From: Tubiluchus corallicola
Lineage: Eukaryota; Animalia; Priapulida
Length of the DNA: 64,000 nucleotides
Direction: 5' to 3'
Assembly (NCBI GenBank): GCA_030141605.1
Contig: JAQGDQ010000002.1
Location: 2,728,001 to 2,792,000 of the forward strand
This document shows positions 38,001-50,632 of the stretch, one piece after another (the first letter of the stretch is position 1; each line of letters starts with the position of its first letter). The notes beneath the pieces were generated by a model, which worked only from the letters and a program-made list of their open reading frames with translations, was not told the origin of the DNA and ran no database searches. Made by a program: the position numbers and the translations under genes.

Positions 38001-41000
38001 TCAATGGTAGTAAGGTATACGTGCACCTTTGTTATAATTAAAATTTTTAATATGGCAGCTTTCAGTGGTAATTAATTTTTGGCAAATAGAGTTAATTTTG
38101 TTATCACTTCTTAATGGCAAGTGCTAAACTTTATTGTTAAAACATGTAGTGCTGATGTAAGTTAGTATTTATTTCTGTTTTAATGTAAAAACAAGTACAT
38201 ATAAGGTTTATTTATTTGAACAAATAATACAAAATACGTTCTGTGTAAAATTCTGCCACTTGTTTTAGCAGATTTAGCTTCAAGAATTATTGTCTCTTAA
38301 CTATAAATCAACTGTTTTGCAGGCTTTTATTAGTGGTGGTGGTGAAACTGATGTCTTTCTAGTCATGTGCAGAACAGGTGATAAAAGCCCCAAAGGTATC
38401 TCCTGTGTGTTGGTCGAAAATGGTACTCCCGGTTTAAGTTTTGGCAAGAAAGAAAGAAAGGTATACATCTTACTAGTAGGGTAGTTTATGAGGCTACACA
38501 ATATTCTTCATGCGATACATTTGAATTGATAATAACATGTTTATATGGTTCACATAAATCTCTCCTGGCTATATCCGAAGTACTTTTCCTCTTCCTACTT
38601 GCCTCATTTGTTAGGTCTATTAAAGACTGTAAAAAGTTGAATAATTAAACTGTGTTTAGAATAAACTGTAAATAATTAACATGTTTCCATATTCCAGATT
38701 CCATTTGCCTCTCCCTACATCACAAAGTGATAAAATTTCATGATGGTTAGATCTAATTTTGTGTTTTGATTGCTTACCAAGTTAAAATTTGGGTATTCTT
38801 GTAGTGATCTACAGTACCACTTGGTGAAGTAGTATTTGGTTCAGTGTGCACAGCTGTGTAATTTATTTTCATCTTTAAATAATTTAGGCAGTTTCTATCT
38901 GTTTCTATTATTTCTCCCCAGTGATGGCAGTTTCCCACTAAAATAACTGGTACTTTAACTGAGTACTATAAAGTTTATGTTCTGAACTGTGTAATAAACA
39001 AATCTAGTGCAAGTGCAATTTTCATATACAAAATTTCCTTTTAAAAGGGTGATGTGAAAAGAAAAATAATGTGAGCACACATCAGTGTCCATTGAAGCTC
39101 TGCAATAGCTAATATAGTATAAATATCCAGTTTTTTGCCTATATGGAATTGATTATCGTTAACAGTGTGATTTTAATGTGATTTTAATATTTCAGGTGGG
39201 CTGGAATTCTCAACCAACTCGTGCAGTGATATTCGAGGATTGTAAGGTGCCTGTAACAAATATAATTGGCAAGGAGGGTCAAGGATTTAGCATTGCCATG
39301 CAAGGCCTTAACGGTGGACGAATCAATATTGGTAGTTTTCGAATTCCTTTTCACTAGGTTTAATTTGAGTTGCTTTGAATAAATAATGTGCCATCGAAGG
39401 TTGTTTTCTATTTAATATTTTATTAGTTATTATGTTTTAAGTTATTAATAGACTGCAATTTTAAAGCAACTTCTAAACTTTTGTACAATTAGAATGTAAT
39501 TTCAATTGTTTGATTGCATGATATAGCAACTAAAGATTGTCATAATAGTGCATGTTGTGTTAGTCTTTTTACAAGTTAAAAATGGTGAGGCTCAAGAATA
39601 TTAAAATTAACTTTTTAGGCCCTTTAGAGTTTTTTCATTTGTACTTTTTATAACATTTCCTTTGCCTTCCGGCTAGCAAATTAGGCTCATTGGTGTAGTC
39701 TTTTATGTCTCTACTTGTGCTTTAGAGATAGCTCATGCAGTTCAATGGCACTTGCATGTGCTCACTGTCATGGTTGGTTGACTGGAGTGCTGTTATAGAC
39801 TTTCATTATTAACTAATATACCTATCTTTTTAAACCCACTGCACTCAATATTCAAGTGCTATGCCTTGTGTGTAAAGAATTGCAAAGCAAATATATGAAG
39901 CCTCATATGAGAATCATAATAATGTTGTGTTTAACAGAAGTTAATTTGACAGAATTGCTAACTTTTTTTGTTTCCTCAAGCCTCCTGTTCACTCGGTGCA
40001 GCACAAGAATGCATGGAACTCGCTATTGACCATCTACATGTTAGGAAGCAGTTTGGAAAATCTTTATCTGAATTTCAGGTGTGTAACATTTGTTTTTCAT
40101 GACTTTTTCTTCATTCAGCTGTATTGTGTACATTGCTTGCATAATTTTGGTCATGTATTTCTGCTTTATTACAGTATTTACAGTTCAAACTGGCAGAAAT
40201 GGCATCATCTCTAGTCGCTTCTCGGTTAATGGTACGTAATGCAGCCAGAGCATTACAAGACAAGCGGTCAGATGCTGTTGCCCTCTGCTCGATGGCTAAA
40301 TACTTTGCTACTGAACAGTGCTTTCAAGTTAGTGTGGTTTTTATTAACCTGTTACAGTGTTTTGGATTTTTTTAATTCACCCACACTTCTGCCTTCTTTA
40401 AGTTCTAAGAATAGCTGTCCAGGAATTCACTTTTCCAGTCTAACAACAAATTATTTTTCTAAGCCATTTGTAAGTGTAATAATATAACAAAAAAATTGAC
40501 AAGAATTGTTGTGAAAATTGGAAATTTTTCTGTAAAATTTCCCCAGAAACTGCAGTCAGATAATCTGCCATTTCCATTGCACTGTAGCAGCGTCATTTAT
40601 TTTGGAAATAATAAAGCTATTAAAATTTGTTAATTTTAAGGAAATGTTTCTTAAAATAGTTAAGATTCTTTTATAAAATTTATAAACATATGTTACAGGT
40701 TGTTGATGAAGCATTACAAATGCATGGTGGTTATGGATACTTAAAGGACTATGCTGTGCAGCAGTTCATGCGTGACATTCGAGTCAATAGAATTTTAGAA
40801 GGTAGGGAATAATGTGTATGATCAATGCTGTCATGTTGCTATGTCATCTAGCAAGATAAAAGTGACAAATTATAGACTTTGCAACTTCGATTTGGGAGTG
40901 TGCCGCAGGTTGTAAGAATTTGTCCGACACATCGGTAACCAGGGGGGAGCGAGGGGGGCGCACGCCCCCCTTCTCAAAATTTGCGCCCCCCCCCCTGCAA

Positions 41001-41779
41001 AATCGGACAAATAATTTTTTTTGCAGTGAAAATTGCAGTTCGCATGTAATCATTTTCAATATGAATTAGAATTAGGTAAAAAAAATGTTTGGTAGGTTCA
41101 GTGTATTATTTTCTTAAAATTTGCGTGTGATAAATTACTGTAAATAACAATTTAGTTAGAGGCACATTAATAACATTAGGTTAACTGAGAGTTAATTTTC
41201 TCATTATTGCTTTGTCCGCTATGCCGTCCTACACGCGCTAATTATAGGCCTGCATGCAGTATAAAAGGGGTTAAAATTGGCTTAACCATTATTTAACCAC
41301 TTCGGATACCTCGTCCCCCCCCCAGAAAATTTTTGCGCCCCCCCCCCCCCCGTTTGCCACATCTAGTTCCGGCCCTGTCGGTAACTGGTGCAACATACTT
41401 CATTCTGAGCAACCTGTGAAGAGAACAAGCTTATAAAAGAGTTAGTCTTCCCAGTTTATTCGGGGCCTTTGTTGTAGCAACTTTTTCATTTAAGTTTTGT
41501 GCTAAATGGTTAAAGGACAAAGGTCTGTGACAAGGTTTGTAATAAAAAAGAAAAACTTTTTTCATAATGTGTCTTCATAATGTACCAATGTTTTGTTTCT
41601 CGTCCACAGATAAACTACTTGTGGAGTGGAGGTCACCTGCTTTACTTGATAGTCAAATAAAAAAATTATCCATTTTTCACTTTTTTGTCTATAATATAAA
41701 CTGTTTTTAATTTAATTTTTCAGGTACCAATGAAATTATGAAAATGATCATATCTAGAGATTTATTGAAGAAGCACTGA
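26059..41779 (+). CDS. ACAD8: Isobutyryl-CoA dehydrogenase, mitochondrial (exons 26059-26197, 36634-36734, 37051-37220, 37828-38014, 38323-38460, 39196-39331, 39981-40078, 40175-40327, 40699-40801, 41724-41779; 426 aa)
   Basis: Transit peptide then [91 protein letters not shown], characteristic of ACAD8; 1281 nt in frame. Confidence 0.97.
27111..27238 (+). mobile_element. LINE/SINE 3' end remnant
   Basis: Degenerate hairpin AGGACAGGAG-ACTAGATGACC...CTCCCTATCCT, then AATAAAA(TGTTCTA)2. Confidence 0.5.
28480..28830 (+). mobile_element. Degenerate RTE-clade LINE fragment
   Basis: [19 protein letters not shown] and downstream [10 protein letters not shown] match RTE ORF2 C-terminal motifs (YGAETWTL, RLRWFGHV); frame disrupted. 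Confidence 0.75.
29130..29255. repeat. (TA)n-flanked ~62-bp tandem duplication
   Basis: atatatatcacatgatagcttgcc...gaacatataattatataa occurs twice. Confidence 0.85.
30156..31589 (-). CDS. Glycosyltransferase family 92 (galt-1-like beta-1,4-galactosyltransferase), type II membrane protein, 477 aa, single coding exon
   Basis: N-terminal TM ([21 protein letters not shown]), [40 protein letters not shown], DxD motif [21 protein letters not shown]. Splice acceptor at 31620-31621 implies a 5' UTR exon; first ATG after it is 31589. Confidence 0.9.
   Translation of the reverse strand: MFTAVRLCSNRLSKTRNITLSITLVISLTLILQFFFLIRNNVHFTQTLYIVDTAVKIHSSNRTDVAAYASNNVTENCIGNCIKEVYEAPAGQQTHQDKWHYVDMESDSAKVLVFSAYHETRGPNMIRVIAVMPTKHPPKLYCLFWYGQELEEPSVITAKTKPIPENWGMQYSAHYILCPLVDGSIPKLVSVTRKEITRTPSHKLTVHSTKMQHSKDMNNFAVCVKPFHYNYNKSVELTEFIEFYRLMGASSFTFYNHTVGSAVDALLQSYIKNNLVDLLPWQLPIVSQKEIRTEGMFAAFNDCLYRNMAKYKFVFMVDTDEYIVPHNPQDVNVLDILKRISPKLEHASYCFCNTFFYRQFADDPSVVNHAVLSRMISMAKTRRTTAVWKPKMRSKCVINTNLVITMGNHFTWEKVRGSKEVFAQPQDGLLHHYRVCEFGGDECVKSPSQIDRTMYRWKDILLRNVLARLEGNDIPIM
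40940..41377. mobile_element. hAT MITE in ACAD8 intron 9
   Basis: CAGGG...CCCTG termini with perfect 8-bp TSD TCGGTAAC (40932-40939, 41378-41385); G/C-tract subterminal regions. Confidence 0.88.
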
Positions 41780-44700
41780 CGAGTCCACATTCTTTTTGCC
41801 ATTGGTGTTTTTATAGCAAGCCCTTGTAGTGAGTTTGTTCAAATTCTTCAATGAAGTTAGATTACTTAACTTAATTAGTGCTTGAGTTCTTTTTTTTAGG
41901 TTATCTAATTTGCATTCAACTAAATTATGCCTTTTTGAGAACAGTATTTCAAACTTTTTTGATGTGAAATGTTCCGAAATAGTGTTCTTAGTTTTGACGG
42001 TGCTGTGCAAACCAAAGTTACATTGAAGCGGTTATCTTATTAGTAAATTTTGCCTGATATGCTCTACCAGTCACAGCACTGAAGGCAATATCTTATTATG
42101 CTCAGTTCACCTATTACTGACACATAAAGAAAATTTTTGTTATTCTAGTAAAACAAGTAATCTCTGTCATAATGTATGTAGTGTGTAAAATGTTCTACAA
42201 GATCTGAAATCCTGACATTTGTAATTAATGGTTAATACCATTTGACAAGAGAAAAAGATCTGTACAGCAATATAGGGAAAATAATTTAATTTCATGTGCC
42301 AGCCAGTATTTGACAGTTACCAATGAAGTTAACTGAAATTTTGTGTACTGTTAGTGTTTTAGCACTGATATTAACGAAAATTTAAGTAATGGTAAGTTAG
42401 TGATAGGCTGATAAGTAGGGAAACAGTTTGAGTTAACAGATAAATTGCACGTTTAAACCAAGCTTGTCAACTCGAAAACGTATTGCTCTCACTTTTAGTA
42501 GGTTTCAATATTGTTACAACCCATAACCAATAACTAATTGTTTGATTCTTTCCTGATGGGTGCGCCTGTCATTTTGATGGGATAAGTAAAAACTGTGTTG
42601 TCTTAATTTCCTGCCTTTCAAGTGCAAAGGCTTGTATGTAGTGTGCTTGTAAATGCACACTTAAAATGGTAATAAGGTACTATTTGCAAATAACACATGT
42701 GTACTTGCATAGCAAAATCGTCCATAAGTAGGCAATTAAGCTTTTCTAGCTATTCACACATCCTGAATCTCCAGTTCATAAGGATCATTTTGATACCAAG
42801 CTCTTTGCTCTATGTTGTTTCTAAGCTGAGATAATCCACATTGAAGTTGAAATGTATGCTATGCACTGAAAAACAATCTTGAGTAAATCGCTATTAAAGT
42901 CAGCCATTGTTTTTTGTCGCATCTCTACAAAACACTTAGCAACTGTACGAAAGTGTGCATTTGCAAGAACACATTGAAGTTATGTTTATATCTAGTAGAT
43001 GGTTTTTTCTGACGAAAATCTGGTCTTGTCAACAGAAAAAACCCGAAGCAAAATGAATGCTTCCACGAGCTACTATCAGAGTTTGAAACAAGTTTTTCAC
43101 AATTGCAGTACTAGTTTCCATTCAGAAAAGTAGGCATGGAGTTATAAAATTAAATTGTTAGTATTTTTTGGACATTTTCTTGATAATTTCATGCTAGAAT
43201 ATAAAAGTCCAATATATTTACCGTTTGTTTTTCTAAAACACAAAAAATTCACATCTAAAAAATGTTTTAGTGCATTTTTCTTTGAAGCATCATAACGTAG
43301 TTTTACTATGCCGACTTATGGATGGTTTTGGTTTGCAAGCACACATATAAATGCTGCAAGAGATGTAGATTGTATACGTAGAAACATAATATTTCGACTC
43401 CTATAATGGGAGTCATCATCAGCTGTTGATAACAAGAGCTTTTAAAAAATAGAACACGTATTTTTGAATATAGTTATGATGATATTCAAGCAAAGCTTCC
43501 ATTCAAGCAATATTTAATGATTTAAATGCGTTAAAGCTGTGTAGATGTATTTACAGCAGCAAGATAGTAAGCATGGTTAAATATAGACCAATGCATATAT
43601 AACATGCGTTCACAAAGTTATAATTGCTCCTGGCTGTTGATTTCTAGATGAAAGTTCGAGGCCGGCTCTAGGTAGTTTGGCATCCTAGACAAAAATTAAA
43701 TTTTTGTTGCATGTAATATAATGATACCCATGTGTTTGGCTTATACTTGTGTTATAGTTAATAACACCTATGTATTTTTAGCTTATGTTGATTGAATTTT
43801 AAATTGAATTGATGACCCCATTGACTTACATCTGTAGGAGCAATTATAATGTCTGCAATTTCCACTGCACACTCTTCATGTTCATGCTCTTGGATTTTCT
43901 TTGAGTCGTTTTATATGAAAATTTCTGAAACCCTAACTTCTCTTTTTCATGTACATCCATTTCATTAGTTTTGTAATCTTTATAACCATAATTCTAGTCT
44001 GGTTGCAAAATACTTGGCGAATCTTTTTACTGTTCAGTACCTACCAGTTTGTTTATCTCGTTTCTTGTATTATGTTCCTAAAGGCTTTGATTTCTTATAA
44101 ACTGATGCGCGAGAATTATATAAATGCTATTGCAATAACCTTTTATTATTAGAAGAAGCCAGCTGCTAGTATCAACGGTTACTTAGCTGTGTTACTGTAT
44201 GCATATCGCACAAAATATGGGCAAAAGCAACACATCACTAGTGTATGCCTAAAGTGGATAATTTTAGAAGAAGTGTTTTTTGCGGGACAACAGCTCCATG
44301 TTAACATGGACAAATCATACATTTTGGCATGGAAATAATGCTAGAAACTTAAAGTGTTGTTCGGTTAAGCAATCACACATATGCTTCGTTATTATTATTT
44401 TTGCCAACTTAAAAATTAAACAATTACTGTTTTGGCGCCCTGGATAACTGCCTAGTTTGCATGAAGGTGTTTCAAGTGTTTTTTTGCAGCACTGTCGACA
44501 GATGCAAAGACGTCTTTGCAGACTACGGATGTACAAGAAATGGCATTATAGCTTTCCTGTCGGTGACATATGCGTACGAAAAAATTGCGCATTTTTTGGT
44601 AACTGTGCTTGATTATATTTCGTTAACTTATTATAAATTATTTTGGTTACACAAATAAATACCAGTATACTGATGTCTGACAGACAGTTTTATCAGAAAA

Positions 44701-45476
44701 GCTGAAAATTGGAACAATGGTGCTAGGTTGTAGCTGATGATTCAGAGAAATGATAGTTGTCAAATCACACGTGTCAGTTTGACAGAGGTCCAAGTATGTT
44801 ACATTCACATGGTTAGGCTAATATTAGTTTTACTTAAAATCTAACTTCTTGGTATTTCGATAAAGGAAAGTTTTCCGTTTTTTAATTAATGGTAATTAGG
44901 AGGTAGGCAATCATGTTAGAGTGGTAGATAAATTGTTATAGTTGATTACTGATGTTTGATTTTCATGTGTTTGTAAATACCTAGATAACAGATAAGCAAT
45001 TTGCATAAAATTATTGAAATAGAAAACCATGTTCACCGTGATCAGTTACACAAACAAATGTTGATTTTTCTTTTCTGGTGATTTTGTAATTCACACAATT
45101 GTAAACATGCCGGTGTAAGTTTTATCCACAAGTATAAAAAAATCACAGAAAAATTTTAACTGAACTTCCGTGATGAGTAAGACAACATACATACATGTGT
45201 ACATTTAATGAAAGTCATATTACTGCCTTATGTATGAACAAACAATTACATAGGTAGTATGTTTACAAGCTCCTTTGTTATTTTATTGTCGTCTCATCTG
45301 CTTAAGTAAGAATTCAAAATTTTTAAAAACGTTTAGAAAAATTGAAATAAAAAAGGAAAGACTCCATCATTTTAGAAATACTCAGAAACAACTTAATTTT
45401 ATAAGGATAATTGAAACATTGTGAAGTATAGCAAACGTCTTACACTACACTATTTCAGTGACTTTCATAGTATTTT

Positions 45477-48400
45477 TCAGTAATTTCCATTTTCGTTAGT
45501 CCTGTGTCTCCTTGCTTGTGTGAAGTAGGCATATATTAAACCTAGTTTTGAAGCCACATAATTCCAGACTAAAGATTCAGGGTCTATAGATTCAGCATGC
45601 TCTAAAGATGAAACGCTTGATGATGCAGTTGGGCACATGATGTCTTCTGGTTTTAATTCATTCACACCAATTCCGTAGAGATGCTCGGGTTGTGAGCAGG
45701 TACCCCAAACATAAGGTTTTTCAACTGCATTGGCTATCCATTTCAGGTTGCATGTACAGCGTAGATTATTACCTAAAAATAAATAATGAATTGTAGTAAT
45801 GAATTATCTAGAATATAATTTGACAAAAAACCAATAGTTTCAATAAAGTGCCGGAAAAACAGCTTTTGTTTGCAAATTGATTAAAATAATTTTTTGCCAT
45901 AAAATCAAAATTGTCTTTACATAGTTTTGACTTTAAGTTTTGCACAGTTGAATCAGAGTGTTTGTTACTGCGCTACATTTGTAATAATTTTTGACAGCAC
46001 AAAAAAATCACAGCAATGCTAAATTTTCCAGTATGTGTTGCAGACTGCAGAGGCACTTGTTGAAGACTGAAAGAAGCTTGTAGTTACTGATTGTCTTGCC
46101 TCTTGTACATTTGAATTGCACCACTGTCTGCATTTGAAAATAACCTCTATAAACAATACAGCCGTCACGTGTGACAAAAAGACAAGCTTGTGTTATTATC
46201 TATCAGGGCCAGTTTTAAGCCAATAAGGCTGATTTGTTCAAACTGGGCCTCGCTCCAACAGGGGGCTCCGTACACATGGTCAAGTGGAGGACACTATGAT
46301 GAATTTATGATGCTATGGGTGTTCAATGTGCATGAAGTTTCTTAATACTGCAAAGGCAGTGAAACTATTCAATCTGTCCTCGTATATCTATGTTTCATGT
46401 TTTTTGCTGATCGTTTGTTTATTTCTTTTGTAATTTCAGTTTATCGTCGCAATTTATGCTATATGCATTAGTTAGATCATCATTGGATTTTAATTTCACT
46501 AGTTTGTGGCCGATATTTAAACCCTCAACAACAATTTCACAAGAGAGACCAAATAATTTGGTGATGCTATCTGTAGAAGTTGACTTTAAAAAAAACCCAT
46601 GGACTTTGAAATGATTACGAAAGATTTCTAGGACAAAAAAGTCAGAAAAGTCTGTTTTTAGAAGACTTATGCGCAAACAGTATGTCAGTAATTATCTTGA
46701 CTTGTTGTTAGACATTAAAACTTTCACATGGGCTTTTGACTTTTAGTACCTCAACGCTTTTTGGCTGAGACTGGCATACTGCATGAAGCGTAAAACACCA
46801 CTCTTCAGCTTTTAGCGTAGACGGCCCCAATAACAATTTTCTAATTAGGCCCAGCACTTCCTAGCGCCGGCCCTGTCCATAATATAGGAATTTACTCTTA
46901 TTTCTCCGAAGGTATGCATGAACATGGAATTTATAAACTTTGTACATACCTTCTAAGCGGATGATCATTCCAGAGATGTCAGCAAATGATCTGCTTGAAA
47001 GCCATTCAATGTGATTATCTCTTAAATCCACAATTCGTAGCTTGGTCAAATTGCTGAATGCTATGTTTCCAACATATCCGAGATCATTCCTGTACAATCA
47101 ATATAACAGACTCGTTAAGGCAGCACACCCCAGCCACGTGGCAGACAACCATACCCACATGGAGTCATCAGGTGGAATTTGACCAAGATTCGCCTTTCAG
47201 TCTCTTTTCTCACTCTCAAACCCATTCAAGCAGGGCCAGGTGCACAGTTTCGCTATAGTGACAACAAAACGAAAGCTGAGCATCTCTCCCAACACAACCC
47301 TTTCAAACTTATTCACCACATATCAAGAGACAAATTAAAAAAGAGAGCTTAGCTTCCTTTAAGCTATCCTTAAAGAGACTACCCTTTTCTGCTCCAAGTA
47401 ATATTTCCCAAGCATCCACGTAATATGCCATAAGTGTATATACAAGCTGCATGAACTTCTAGCATAACCCATGTGGTGGTAAGCGAACAATTATCCATCA
47501 ACGCTAAGAACACAAGTACTGTATAGTGTTGACTAATGTTGCTACTATTCTTTTCTGTTGGTAAGAGACAGTACAAAGATGCACTTCATAAACCAGAGGT
47601 TATAGTTAGGAAGTCAAGCATCATTGGCACTGAGTTTTGCCCACATGGTAGTGATCGGACAAATATTTGATTATAATTTTAATTATAATTCCGAAGTTAA
47701 AACAAGATGAAAATAAAAGTACACAACTAAGAATAAATGTGTGTAAAATGTCAAATACATAAATCAGTAAGGTAATAAATAAATGAAATGCTAAAAATAA
47801 TGAAAAGAGAAAAAGTATTGCAAACATAAATTTGAAACATAACTGCAGTGTACTTGTGCTACTACGTATCTTAAAGTGCCACTTTTTACCAATAGTCTGT
47901 AATATATAAAATTGCTAAGGTGCAAGAACCAGTTTTTATTACCGGCACTTATACATGAATTTGCTTTACAATTCATAGGTCTGCGACTAAGTAATGATCA
48001 CTTAGTCATCATTTGTATATTTGTCTGTAGTCATCACTTGTATATTTGACTGGCAGCATTTCTTCATTTGAAATTTCACAAAGTTAATGAAAAATATACC
48101 TTTTTAATGCTAACTCTGTCATTGCTTCTGTAAAGGACTGTAGAGCACTATCGGCAAGTGAAGAAATGTTATTGTAATTAAGATGAAGAATTCTCAGTTT
48201 CGGCATGAGAGGTACTGTGGTCTTGTTGAAAGTTTGGAAACTGTTACCATCGAGATACAGATATTGTAAATTTAGCACTTGTTTTCCACCGCTTGTAGTT
48301 TGAATACTGCCTTCTCGTAGCTCATATTTTTTGCTTATTGATCTATCAGTCCATTCTACTAGTGCATCTTCAAAGTATGAGATAAAATTATTAGAGAGAT

Positions 48401-49703
48401 CAAGAACATGTAAATTTTTCATTTTGGTCAGTGACGATGTGATTTCAATTGAATTGTTTTGAAGCAATAGCAGTTTAAGTTTCTTATTTCTTCTAAATGC
48501 ATATATGTTGATTTTGCTGATACGGTTATTTGAAATATCTAATGATTCTAATGCATGTGCATTGTCAGTCAACTTGGTATTTACTTCAGAAATTAAATTT
48601 CTGTCAAGTCGAAGGTGACGAAGTGACTGTGGCCACGTGCCATTCTGTGATATATTTCTTATTTTGTTTTTAGTTAGTATTATTTCTCTTAGTACACTTT
48701 TTTCAGAAAACCAATTGTCAACTGTTTCTATTTTATTCACTGCAAGGTCAATAGTTTTAAGTGATGTCCAGTTAGCATACGTCTTAGGTGCAATGTACTT
48801 TAACTCATTATTAGACATATAAACAACTCTGATAGATTTAGTGCTTAAGCCAGTCAATGCATCTGCAGCAAAACTACTGATCTTGTTATGAGCTAAGTTT
48901 AGAATTTTGAGATTTGGCAGATCCTGAAAGCACTTTGGTGGTATGGTTTCAATTTCATTTCCATCTAACCATATCTCTTGCAGATTTATCAGTCCAGTAA
49001 ATGGACATGTTATTGATGCGATTTTATTTGTACTCAAAACAAGTCGGCGCAGTTCCGTCATTTCACTAAACGTTCCTCCATCAATGCTGTCAACTAGACC
49101 TCCAGTTAAGTAAAATACCTGCAGGTTTCTAGATGGCACATTGCCTATTTCTCTAATAGGATTTTCTACAAGAGTTAAGCTTGCAAGCTTTGTGAAGCCA
49201 AACAGAAAGGGCATTTCTTCTATTTTATTGCTCTGAATCTCAAGCAGTTCCAAAGAATCCTTAAGAGCTGAAAGAGTGCCAGGTGCAATATATTGCAGCT
49301 GGAGGTGATGAAGGTAAAGTCGACGAACAGTGACATTTCTTAGGGCTGCTTCACCTAGCTGAGTCACCAAACTGTCCGTTATGTATAGTGAATCGATTGT
49401 AACATTTGAGAATTTGGAGTCTAGGATCCTCAACATATGTCCTGGTTCTCTACTGTTACACTCGACCCATAATTCTTCTTTTGTTGTTATGTGGCATGTG
49501 CATGGCATAGTATTTTCTGCTAATGGACACCACTGCAATTGAAGTTCAACTGTTTTCTCTAATAGTTGTTTATCTGTGTGTTCACATATCCACGTTGCTG
49601 TTGCATGCTTGCCACTAACTCTAGAACATGAGGTGATCGAATTTTGATTCAAAACTAGCATCAGTAACACTGTAAGTGCTCTGCACCTCTTCGGGTTGCT
49701 CAT
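45477..49703 (-). CDS. Secreted/extracellular leucine-rich repeat protein with LRRNT and LRRCT (exons 49703-48100, 47089-46950, 45772-45477; ~679 aa)
   Basis: Signal peptide; LRRNT CP...PCTC...VEC; many LxxLxLxxNxI repeats; LRRCT GNNLRCTCNLKWI...GTCSQPEHL...DIMC; compatible intron phases, 2040 nt. Confidence 0.9.
46204..46875. mobile_element. hAT-like non-autonomous element in LRR intron 2
   Basis: Termini CAGGGCCAG...CCGGCCCTG with GGGCC subterminal motifs; no intact TSD. Confidence 0.55.
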
Positions 49704-50632
49704 TCTGCAGGCTGTTAATTTTTAAAGATGTCGCTTATACCAAAAGTGCTAATTTCAATACACTTAACTCTTGTTCTTTGTCATTTCAACAATGACACGT
49801 TCTGGTCATCTTATCACATTATCTACTCTCTAACGTTCACCGGGAATTGTAGTAGGTTCACACACTAACACTGCTCAACATAAACAGTAAGCTGCTTACA
49901 GTTAGTCGTTTTATTGTACAGATTTATCTGTCAATAAGAATGTGATCTTTGGCTGTTCAGTCTGACTTGTTATTATAAGAAGTCAATATAGTAGATATTA
50001 ACATATCAAGTAAGCAGATTTATTTACACAAAAACAAAACTACATTTATCTACTGTCTGTTACTGTCTGATCAATCTTATGTGTATTTATATACATGCTA
50101 AGTATATAACAGGCAAAACAACAAATTTGTAGGTTAAAGCTAAGGACAGTTCATTTATTTCTGCATCTTGAACTTAAAAATGAGTATGTTTCAACTATTA
50201 TTGCCTGGGTTACTGTTTTTTTACCTAAATTCTTAGTTATGAACCTTTCTTTTTGTGCTATAATGTTTGCAGAACAGATATGATGTTATTACACTCTTCT
50301 ACCATGCATTTCCTTTTTTCTAGGATGTTTTCTGTATGGTCTACTTAAATCCTAGGTAGTTTGAAAAAAATCGATAGTTGAAATAATGCTAGTCAGTGCT
50401 CACTTTCTTGCTTGATTAAATGAGCCAGGCTAATCAAGTATCAGTTTCCTTTTTAGGAAACTTTCTAAGAATTCTACACAAGGCAAAGCTGTCAATAAAA
50501 CTATACAACATGTGTAAACAGAGTCTATTTATTACTGATTTGTAACAAATGAGATCTTATATTCTTATGTTTTTACAGCCTTAACAAACTAATAAAAGTA
50601 TTTTAGTGTTTGGTATTTAAAGACTGAAACTA

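Noticed and set aside
47590-47990. Possible LINE ORF2 end on the minus strand in LRR intron 1
   Set aside because: Too degraded to support beyond a vague resemblance.
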